The notes under the pieces were generated by a model. The model was given only the letters and a program-made list of their open reading frames with translations, searched no databases and had not been told where the DNA came from. A DNA stretch of 32,000 nucleotides from Dickeya solani IPO 2222. Lineage in GTDB: Bacteria > Pseudomonadota > Gammaproteobacteria > Enterobacterales > Enterobacteriaceae. Both the position numbers and the translations under genes were made by a program. The number at the start of each line of letters is the position of its first letter. Position 1 is the stretch's first letter. The stretch covers positions 4,080,001-4,112,000 of the forward strand of contig NZ_CP015137.1 of NCBI RefSeq assembly GCF_001644705.1, given 5' to 3'. Positions 1-6,886 of the stretch are shown piece after piece.

Positions 1-56
1 GATCACAACAAAGGACGCGACAGGCGCGACCTTGAAAATCCGAAAGGAGCAACATC

Positions 57-368
57 ATGGCTAACATCGGCACCTTCACCGCACAAAACAACGGCTTCAC
101 TGGCACCGTCCGCACCCTGACTTTGAATGTCAAGGCCAGGTTCATCCCCTGCGACAAAAGCAGCGAGCACGCCCCTGACTTTCGCATTCAGACCCTCGGT
201 GGTTATGACATCGGCGCAGCCTGGCGGAAAATCAGCCAGGCCGAACGGCCTTATCTGTCGGTGACGCTCGACGATCCTTCCTTCCCGGCAACCCTCTATG
301 CTCGCCTTATCGAAGACGAGAATGGCAAGCACCAGTTGATCTGGTCGCGCAGCAAACCGTCGGCCTGA
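57..368 (+). CDS. DUF736 domain protein (family common on ICEs and conjugative plasmids)
   Basis: 103-aa ORF beginning [29 protein letters not shown]..., which is the characteristic DUF736 N-terminus. AGGAG lies upstream of the ATG (aaaggagcaacatcATG). Confidence 0.75.
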   Translation: MANIGTFTAQNNGFTGTVRTLTLNVKARFIPCDKSSEHAPDFRIQTLGGYDIGAAWRKISQAERPYLSVTLDDPSFPATLYARLIEDENGKHQLIWSRSKPSA

Positions 369-381
369 CAGCCAGACACCT

Positions 382-405
382 CGCCCCGCCAGTCACGGCG
401 GGGCG
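382..405 (+). terminator. GC-rich hairpin after the DUF736 gene (cgccccgcc-agtcac-ggcggggcg)
   Basis: 9-bp perfect stem 14 nt after the stop codon. There is no clear T-run, so the terminator call is weak. Confidence 0.35.
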
Positions 406-472
406 CACACTGTTTGCTCCGGCAATAAGCCTGTGGCTCATTGCGTTTTCGTGGCTCTTGAGATAGTCAATG

Positions 473-510
473 CTGTATGTCCCCTGCATCAATGCACAGG
501 GGACATACAG
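473..510. terminator. Perfect 14-bp inverted repeat between the convergent DUF736 and integrase genes
   Basis: ctgtatgtcccctg (473-486) and caggggacatacag (497-510) with a 10-nt loop. It lies 14 nt beyond the integrase stop. No T-run on either side. Confidence 0.45.
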
Positions 511-523
511 CGAATACTTTTTG

Positions 524-1806
524 CTAACCGATGATAAAGTTTACTGCGCGCTCCCTGCATTCTCGCGCATAAAGATAGGGCGCAACGTATCCTTCCCGGT
601 TCATGTCCAGATAATCCGACCACCATTGCATCATCGCTTTTCGGGCATCGAGATATTCCGCTTTATGAATGTAAGCCGCTCGAACGCTATTGCGTTCCTG
701 ATGACTCATTTGACGCTCAACCGCATCCTGCGCCCACAGTCCAGATTCCATCAGGGCACTACAGGCCATTGCCCGGAACCCGTGGCCGCAGATTTCATCT
801 TTTGTGTTATAACCCATCAGGCGCAACGCCTTGTTGACCGTGTTTTCGCACATTGGCTTATACGGATTATGGTCACCGGGAAATATTAGCTCCTGGTGCC
901 CGGATATTTCCCGTATCTGTTTCAGAATAGTGATGGACTGACGGCAAAGGGGAACGATATGCGGCGTGCGCATTTTGGCACCACGCCCGGAATAACGCAC
1001 GCCGGGGATGGCTTTGCGGGTAGCGGGAATAGTCCAGATGTGGTTTCTGAAATCAATTTCCGACCAGCGAGCGAAGCGCAATTCGCTGGAGCGGATGAAC
1101 AGATGCAGGGTGAGCGATACAGCCAGCCGGGTTAATTCCCGTCCTTGCCGGTAGTCCTCAATGCGCGTCAACAGTTCCGGTAGTTGATCCAGCGGCAGGG
1201 CAGGGCAGTGACGTTTAACTGGCGGGGTGATAATACCGTCCAGATTGGCCGCCGGATTGTGTTCTATCAGTTCCTGATGCACGGCATAGCGCATGATGTT
1301 GCACAGGTGCTGCCGGGTACGGGCTGCCACTTCCAGTAAACCTTTTTTCTCAATCCCTTTCAGCAGGCCGATGAAATGGCGGGGTTTCAGCTCCGTGACG
1401 GGCTGGTGCCCGATAACCGGAAGAGATGGTTGTTCATACTGGCAAGCAGACGGGCGGCGTGGTTCTCTGACCATGTCCGGTTGCTCTTGTGCCAGTCCAG
1501 CGCTACGTCCCTGAATGATTTTTCTGGTGAGCGGGACGCTTTTTCCGCCGCCCGTTGGTGCGCGGGGTTGATATTCTGCGCCAGCAGTTTACGGATGCCG
1601 TCACGCTGTTGACGCGCATCGGCCAGCGATACATCGGGGTAGGTACCTAAACCGAGGCGGGATTCTTTTCTATTGATACGATATTTGAGATACCAGAGAC
1701 GTGAACCGCCTGGATTAACTAAAAGGTACAGACCGTGAGAATCGGAAACTTTGAAGGGTTTTGCGGATGGTTTTAAGTTGCGGATTTTTGAGTCGTTAAG
1801 AGACAT
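524..1806 (-). pseudogene. int: P4-type tyrosine integrase, split by an apparent 1-nt frameshift near 1417-1422
   Basis: ORF 1387..1806 encodes the typical P4-integrase arm-binding N-terminus (MSLNDSKIRNLKPSAKPFKVSDSHGLYLLVNPGGSRLWYLKYR...). ORF 524..1474 encodes the core-binding and catalytic part (...LPVIGHQPVTELKP...HGFRAMACSALMESG...RAAYIHKAEY). The two frames meet at ctcttccggtt, where one extra C would restore ...NNHLFPVIGHQP.... Confidence 0.85.
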
Positions 1807-1967
1807 GTGGGGGTCACTCCGTCATCGAACCAACTTGACCCCAAATCTGACCACCAAATTCTCCCGATGCGGAGGGAAAACTGAAAATGCATCGGGAAGA
1901 TATTTCACACTAACTTATTGAACCCCAATCACATAAGGATTCGCAGAGCGGCATGAAAACAAGAATT

Positions 1968-2043
1968 TGGCTCCTCTGACTGGACTCGAACCAGTGACAT
2001 ACGGATTAACAGTCCGCCGTTCTACCGACTGAACTACAGAGGA
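1968..2043 (-). tRNA. asnT: tRNA-Asn (anticodon GUU)
   Basis: The reverse complement reads tcctctgtagttcagtcggtagaacggcggactGTTaatccgtatgtcactggttcgagtccagtcagaggagcca. This matches my recollection of E. coli tRNA-Asn and includes the CCA end. Confidence 0.95.
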
Positions 2044-2152
2044 ATCGTTGGAACGGGGCGCATCTTATCCGTGGTGCCCTTAAACTGTCAACGGGCAAAA
2101 CCGACATTCTGCACTGACTGCTTGGCTTCTGTACAATCCGCAGGATTCAGCG

Positions 2153-2944
2153 TCATTCTGATGACAAATCAACCTGTGGTTGGCTCGTTTGCCAGTGCTG
2201 CAAACGCTCCAGCGGGCTTTGGCGGTAAAAACCGCAAAAGAGCTGGTATACCGCCGGGAAGCGCTCGGCTAGCAGATCTGGCGCGCTGAAAAAATACTCG
2301 GACAGCACGGCGAAGCACTCCGCCGGATCGGCTGCGGCGTAAGGGTCCATACTGGCGGCATCTTCTCCTACCAGCTCTATTTCTTCACGCAGTTCCTCCA
2401 TCGCGGCACGCAGTACCTGCTCCCAACGCGCTACGTAACGCAGCGGCATGGCGGGAACGCCGGACGGGCGCTCGTTGCCGCGCATATCCAGCTTGTGCGC
2501 GACTTCGTGGATAATCAGATTGAATCCGGAAAGATCAAATGAATCCTGAATCTCCAGCCAGTTCAGCACAATAGGCCCCTGATCCCAGCTCTGACCCGAT
2601 TGTACGCTGGGGCCGCTATGCACCAGACCAAATTCATCCATCCATTCGCCATTGACCATAAAGGGTTCGGGGTGAATCAGAACATCATGGAAGCCGTCGA
2701 GCCATTCAATACCCAGTTCCAGCACTGGGAGCGCAAACAATAGCGCAATGCGCTGCGCCATTAGCTCAGTCAGCACCAACCCCTGTAGCGGTACCAGACG
2801 TTTCTGGCGCAGAAACTGCCTGGCCAGCATGACGATATGCTGGCGTTCAGTCTCTGCCAGCGGTGTTAACAGCGGGATTGACAGCGCCTGCTGCCAGTCC
2901 GAAAAAGCGTCGGGGGTAGGGGATTTCCATTGCCACTTCATCAT
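2153..2944 (-). CDS. mtfA: Mlc titration factor A / zinc-dependent peptidase MtfA
   Basis: Colinear with E. coli MtfA (MMKWQWK... versus MIKWPWK...; [29 protein letters not shown], zinc motif [27 protein letters not shown]). The start is trimmed from the 2977 ORF start to Met12. Confidence 0.9.
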   Translation of the reverse strand: MMKWQWKSPTPDAFSDWQQALSIPLLTPLAETERQHIVMLARQFLRQKRLVPLQGLVLTELMAQRIALLFALPVLELGIEWLDGFHDVLIHPEPFMVNGEWMDEFGLVHSGPSVQSGQSWDQGPIVLNWLEIQDSFDLSGFNLIIHEVAHKLDMRGNERPSGVPAMPLRYVARWEQVLRAAMEELREEIELVGEDAASMDPYAAADPAECFAVLSEYFFSAPDLLAERFPAVYQLFCGFYRQSPLERLQHWQTSQPQVDLSSE

Positions 2945-3038
2945 GGTGTTGCTCGCTAAGTCATCACTTGAATTCAAAGGCGTCGGTTTGTTCTTGTTAA
3001 CATGCCATAAAACAGGGCATTATAAGCACCACTTTTGT

Positions 3039-3128
3039 GGAGAGATGCCGGAGCGGCTGAACGGACCAGTCTCGAAAACTGGAGTAGGGGCAACTCTACC
3101 GGGGGTTCAAATCCCCCTCTCTCCGCCA
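3039..3128 (+). tRNA. serU: tRNA-Ser (anticodon CGA), serU-like
   Basis: ggagagatgccggagcggctgaacggaccagtctCGAaaactggagtaggggcaactctaccgggggttcaaatccccctctctccgcca. It has a long variable arm and a CCA end, and is nearly identical to E. coli serU as I recall it. Confidence 0.95.
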
Positions 3129-3767
3129 CTATTCAATAAGTTACATCATCACTTGTCTGTGACTTTCCTCTATGTTGGTATATAAACTTGGTATATCGGC
3201 ATCATAAATCTGAATAACCACTCATCTTCGGTGATTAACGGCAGGTCTAATGTTGGTGAGACACAGACTTTTCTGTCGTACGTTACAATCTGCGCCTCTG
3301 GGTTTTATCCGGTGCTGCTTTTAGCCGCCGGTCAGTGTACGCGTGCTTTTGTCCGCAGTTTCCCGTTTCTCTCTGCTGAATAAATAACTTCAAACAGTTC
3401 CAATTCTGCCTCTTGCACCCACTCAAGATCTCTAATATCACCACGCTTTACGGTAAAGGTATGAAATTCATAATGGATGGCAGGGCCGGTGCAGCATGGT
3501 TATGGATAGCTATCCACCAAGTCATGGGCTCGACGCAGTAAAAGCACGGTGTTTCGCCAACGGCGGCCTATTCATGTAACGGTACCTCAGCACCGTTTCC
3601 GCCATAGCGACTTTGGTCACCAGGGATTGCTCTCAGGGGTCTGATTGATCGCTCGCTGCGGTGTTGATATTAATTAAACATATTATTTATTTTCATTTTA
3701 ACAAAATGATTTTATGAGGTTGGTATAGTTCAATGCGGATCAGAATAATTGTGCTAGCCTGAAGGGG

Positions 3768-3793
3768 AAAAATCCCGCCTAGGCGGGATTTTT
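3768..3793. terminator. Bidirectional rho-independent terminator (aaaaatcccgcc-ta-ggcgggattttt)
   Basis: A perfect palindrome flanked by an A-run and a T-run. It lies 14 nt downstream of the stop of the 3807..4958 gene on the minus strand. Confidence 0.8.
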
Positions 3794-3806
3794 GGTGTGA
3801 GGGTGA

Positions 3807-4958
3807 TTACGTTCGTTTCTTTCTGAAGTTCTCGTCGTTTTGCACGTACCGCAGGGAATCCAGTATTAACCCAGATATTCTTAATATGTCTTCTGGATTT
3901 TCTATATAAATTCTATTGCTGTCACACTCAAGGCCGGCTCTATTTATTTCATTGCTAATTATTGGTGTGATATCAATAGGCAGTTGAATTGACGATCGGG
4001 TCTTTTTATCGTGATATCGAACTAGCCAGCGGTTTGCTTTTCCTTGAAACAATACTGAGTAATAGGATTCGGTGTCCTTTGCTTGTAGGTCGTGTTCAAT
4101 CCCAATGATTGAGACTACCTTCTCAAACAGTACACGTTCATTGTATGTGGTTACAATGTTAGGGTTATCCGGGTCAATAATGTCCGAGCGTTCATCGGGT
4201 ACAGTAAGATCTTTGTTTTCGTTGTGGTTATCTTCTACTGCCGTTGGCTTAGAAGATAATCCAGATACAACCATGGCGCTGACGGATCGCTCAACAGCCT
4301 GCCTAACCAGTGGAGTTATTGAATCAATAAATCTTTGATTTAGTTGTCTTCCGATGTTGGCTCTGCCTGCAACATAGCGTACAAAATCCGCATCGACATC
4401 TCTAAGGCTGGCGCTGATTACTTTCACGAATGCTGATATGTACACACTCTCTTCAGCTAACGTTCGTAAAGCTTCTGGTTTAAATTTGTCATGCCTAAAT
4501 CGAAATAATTGCTCTGCGTCAGACTCTGTAATGTCATCCATTCTTATTCGTAAGAACGGGGAGGGATCCATTATATTTTTTTCTTTCAAGTCTGTGAAAA
4601 ACCGCCATTCAACCCCATTTGTTATGGCTGATATAGTAACCTCTGGGGTGGAGTTGAAGTACCTGGATAATTGAGGACAGTGATTATCTATCTTCTCTCG
4701 GTATGATTTTGCTTCAATAAACATAACCGGAACACCCTGACAAAAAAGAGCATAATCCACTCTTTCTCCAGCCTTAGCCCCAGGGAAGTCAGCCCCATAT
4801 TCCGCTCTTACCTTTTGCGGGTCGTATGCGTTGAACCCCAATATGTCTAAGAATGGTAAGATCAAGGCTTGCTTTGTCGTTTCCTCGGTTGTGCAGTGTT
4901 CGCAGACTTTTTTGACATGCTCAATGTGCCCCTTGAGTCTAGCCTTAAAATTTTCCAT
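3807..4958 (-). CDS. 383-aa protein: N-terminal HsdR-N-terminal-like PD-(D/E)xK nuclease core fused to an unrecognised C-terminal domain
   Basis: ORF 3807..4979, start moved to the ATG at 4958, which is preceded by a strong SD (tgGGAGGGatggATG). The N-terminus (TKQALILPFLDILGF...ERVDYALFCQGVPVMFIEAKSY...ITNGVEWRFF) fits the HSDR_N / Mrr-cat type restriction-endonuclease fold. The putative catalytic residues are D68 and E82-x-K84, encoded at 4707-4757. I recognise no motif in residues ~140-383. Confidence 0.75.
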   Translation of the reverse strand: MENFKARLKGHIEHVKKVCEHCTTEETTKQALILPFLDILGFNAYDPQKVRAEYGADFPGAKAGERVDYALFCQGVPVMFIEAKSYREKIDNHCPQLSRYFNSTPEVTISAITNGVEWRFFTDLKEKNIMDPSPFLRIRMDDITESDAEQLFRFRHDKFKPEALRTLAEESVYISAFVKVISASLRDVDADFVRYVAGRANIGRQLNQRFIDSITPLVRQAVERSVSAMVVSGLSSKPTAVEDNHNENKDLTVPDERSDIIDPDNPNIVTTYNERVLFEKVVSIIGIEHDLQAKDTESYYSVLFQGKANRWLVRYHDKKTRSSIQLPIDITPIISNEINRAGLECDSNRIYIENPEDILRISGLILDSLRYVQNDENFRKKRT

Positions 4959-4991
4959 CCATCCCTCCCAGAAAAGCAATAATTAGCAGTG

Positions 4992-5381
4992 TTAATTTTC
5001 CTGCTTAAACCGACCTCGCAAGTATTTTTCGACATAATTATCGATTTCTTTTAATCGAACTTGAAATAAGTCGATCATTCTATCCTGCTCAGAATCAGGC
5101 AGTTGGTTAAAGAGCTCCAGTAGCCTTTTTTCTTTTGGTTTAAGCCCGTTTTCTTCGTCAACTTCTTCACCCAGCAACCAACCAACCGATACACCTAAAG
5201 CATCAGAAAGTTTTAACGCTGAACTCTTACCTATGGTGCCTCGTGAAAACCAGTTATTAACTGATTGGGGGCTGACACCAGCAATTCTGGCCATCTCCGC
5301 TTTAGAGATACCTTTTGCCCTCATCAATTCGCACAGCCGTTTAATTTGCGGGTGTTCTACTTGGTGCGTTTTTCCTCTCAT
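4992..5381 (-). CDS. XRE / phage-CI-like helix-turn-helix transcriptional regulator (129 aa)
   Basis: HTH segment IKRLCELMRAKGISKAEMARIAGVSPQSVNNWFSRGTIGKSSALKLSDALGVSVGWLLG, followed by a helical C-terminal tail. It sits 33 nt upstream of, and co-oriented with, the nuclease-like gene. Confidence 0.85.
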   Translation of the reverse strand: MRGKTHQVEHPQIKRLCELMRAKGISKAEMARIAGVSPQSVNNWFSRGTIGKSSALKLSDALGVSVGWLLGEEVDEENGLKPKEKRLLELFNQLPDSEQDRMIDLFQVRLKEIDNYVEKYLRGRFKQEN

Positions 5382-5420
5382 ATCACGATATTAAACCAAA
5401 AGTTTATAGCCAGACAATTT

Positions 5421-5450
5421 CATAATGTTGTCGATAATATAAACATTATG
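5421..5450. promoter_or_regulatory. Candidate operator: 9-bp perfect inverted repeat in the HTH gene promoter region
   Basis: cataatgtt (5421-5429) and aacattatg (5442-5450) separated by 12 nt. The spacer contains -10-like hexamers on both strands (gataat / tatatt). It lies 40-70 bp upstream of the HTH start at 5381. Confidence 0.45.
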
Positions 5451-5808
5451 ATTTTTTGATTTTCCCTACTAGAATATTCATGTGTGAGCACTTGAAAGGG
5501 CTATTAGGAAGGTGGCTCAGCAATAAAATTGGCTGACAGTCTTCGTCAATCGTTATCGGGAAAATCGTTATAACGCGCAATCTCTCTCGAGCAGGCTAGT
5601 TCGATTCACACGGTATCAGTGATGCACTGGAAGCGTACGAACGCCACATCCAAATCATCCAGGATGCCGTGCTATTCGATATGGCTGTGCCATCAGGGAT
5701 AGTAGGGCCCCGTCACAACAAAACCTTACCCGCTGTCATCAGAAACTGACATTCAACCGATTATGCTGGCGTATCTGACCCGATTACTGGCTGCAATGGA
5801 GGTTACCA

Positions 5809-5976
5809 ATGGGTTTCTGGCGTATTCTGTTCACCATCATCCTGCCGCCGTTTGGGGTTTTGTTGGGCAAAGGTCTTGGCTGGGCATTTTTGTTGAATGT
5901 CGTGCTGACGTTGCTGGGCTACCTGCCTGGCCTGATCCATGCGTTTTGGATTCAGACGCGCCCCGGGCGGTATTAG
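5809..5976 (+). CDS. yqaE: YqaE/Pmp3 family small membrane proteolipid (55 aa), absent from the ORF track
   Basis: Manual translation gives MGFWRILFTIILPPFGVLLGKGLGWAFLLNVVLTLLGYLPGLIHAFWIQTRPGRY*. This is nearly colinear with E. coli YqaE (MGFWRIVITIILPPLGVLLGKGFGWAFIINILLTLLGYIPGLIHAFWVQTRD). GGAGG lies 6 nt upstream and a terminator follows. Confidence 0.9.
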   Translation: MGFWRILFTIILPPFGVLLGKGLGWAFLLNVVLTLLGYLPGLIHAFWIQTRPGRY

Positions 5977-6003
5977 CCGGGAAAGCGTGGCGACAAATAA
6001 AAA

Positions 6004-6023
6004 ATGCCCGGGAAACCGGGCAT
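6004..6023. terminator. Bidirectional terminator between the yqaE-like and WrbA-like genes (atgcccgg-gaaa-ccgggcat)
   Basis: An 8-bp stem with a GAAA loop, an A-run upstream (aaataaaaaa) and TTT downstream. It sits between convergent genes. Confidence 0.7.
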
Positions 6024-6048
6024 TTGAATTTCAGAGGGTATGACGTGA

Positions 6049-6603
6049 TTAACCGTGCAGGCGACGGGTAATTTCAGCGACGCGCGCACCGTACAATTTA
6101 GCAGTTTCCAGATCGCCTGCCGGAATCGCATCCGCGCCGGCGTCGGACGGAGACTGAATCAGCGCGCCGCCGGAACCACCGAGGTTGTTGGCGTCGTTGC
6201 GGGTGGAAGCCAGAGCGTTAGCCGGTGGTTGACCCAGGCTGACCCAGATGCCGCCGTGCTGTGCAGCCAGCGTTTGCAGATAAATCAGCGTCACCTGCTT
6301 GTCGCCGTTCAGGCTAGCGCTGTTGACGAAACCGCCGAATACTTTGTCCTGCCAGCCGCGGGTGAACCAGATTTTAGAGCTGGCGTCGGCGAATTTTTTG
6401 AACTGCCAGGGCGCGTTGCCCATGTAGGTCGGCGCACCGAAAATGATGCCGTCTGCGGCGTTCAAGGTTTCCCAGTCCGCGTCGGTGATATCGCCATTGC
6501 TGTCGATAGCGATCAGGCTGGCTTTGGCGCTTTCCGCAACCAGTTCAGCGATAAGTTTGGTGTGACCGTAGCCAGAATAGTAGACAACTGCAATCTTGCT
6601 CAT
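6049..6603 (-). CDS. Flavodoxin-fold NAD(P)H:quinone oxidoreductase family protein (WrbA-like)
   Basis: 184 aa. MSKIAVVYYSGYGHTKLIAELVAE and ADGIIFGAPTYMGNAPWQFKKFAD match the WrbA/flavodoxin FMN-binding signature regions. SD: ttGAGGaaatgctATG. Confidence 0.85.
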   Translation of the reverse strand: MSKIAVVYYSGYGHTKLIAELVAESAKASLIAIDSNGDITDADWETLNAADGIIFGAPTYMGNAPWQFKKFADASSKIWFTRGWQDKVFGGFVNSASLNGDKQVTLIYLQTLAAQHGGIWVSLGQPPANALASTRNDANNLGGSGGALIQSPSDAGADAIPAGDLETAKLYGARVAEITRRLHG

Positions 6604-6633
6604 AGCATTTCCTCAAGTATGGCCAGATAAAAA

Positions 6634-6658
6634 CAGAACTTAAAAATGGTAAGTTCTG
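6634..6658 (-). promoter_or_regulatory. 9-bp perfect hairpin plus U-run immediately upstream of the WrbA-like gene (attenuator, terminator or operator)
   Basis: The minus strand reads cagaactta-ccatttt-taagttctg followed by tttttat. It ends about 30 nt before the start codon at 6603. Confidence 0.4.
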
Positions 6659-6838
6659 CTCAGGTATGGCGACATATTATCGCGTCAAATTTGCATAAAC
6701 AATGAATTACCTGAAAGTGCCTAGGTTACTTCGCGGTAACCAGATGGCGGTAATATGATCAGGGATAATAATGGAGTGCAGTGGCACCGCACCGTTTTAA
6801 AATAGATTATGAAGAATATGAATAAGTGACTCGGTTTT

Positions 6839-6877
6839 ACACGCCTCCTCTGGAAAAATACGTCAGAGGAGGCGTGT
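6839..6877 (-). terminator. 14-bp perfect stem-loop just downstream of the GT2-TPR gene
   Basis: acacgcctcctctg (6839-6852) and cagaggaggcgtgt (6864-6877), located 10 nt after the stop at 6887. There is no T-run on the minus strand, so intrinsic-terminator function is uncertain. Confidence 0.5.
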
Positions 6878-6886
6878 CGGATCGAC

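Larger units (their letters stand above)
1..1967. mobile_element. tRNA-Asn-proximal end of an integrated genomic island or ICE-like element (the window starts inside it)
   Basis: A P4-type integrase gene lies immediately downstream of the tRNA-Asn 3' end in the same orientation, which is the classic tRNA-island junction. A DUF736 gene, typical ICE/plasmid cargo, sits next to it. The other island end is outside the window, so no att repeat pair can be shown. Confidence 0.65.
3129..5760. mobile_element. Low-GC accessory islet abutting the tRNA-Ser 3' end, with no intact integrase
   Basis: It starts exactly at the tRNA 3' end. It is visibly AT-richer than the flanks, especially 3660-5480. It holds only the HTH/nuclease-like operon plus ORF-free, decayed-looking flanks. 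I could not find a direct repeat of the tRNA 3' end, so the right boundary is approximate. Confidence 0.4.

Noticed and set aside
470-1612. Plus-strand ORFs (139, 79, 73 and 78 aa) across the integrase region
   Set aside because: They are antisense to the recognisable P4-type integrase reading frames.
2994-3025. Promoter for tRNA-Ser (TTGTTA ... TATAAG)
   Set aside because: The spacer would be 19-20 nt, which is longer than optimal. I could not define a convincing -35/-10 pair by eye.
3807-5381. Interpreting the HTH plus nuclease pair as a classical type II R-M system with a C-protein, or as a type I hsdR fragment
   Set aside because: No methyltransferase, hsdM/hsdS or helicase motifs occur anywhere in the islet or its flanks. 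The 383-aa ORF is intact with its own SD and terminator, so it is not an obvious truncation.
5763-6071. 102-aa plus-strand ORF
   Set aside because: It overlaps the genuine yqaE-like gene in another frame. It also crosses a terminator and the 3' end of the convergent WrbA-like gene.
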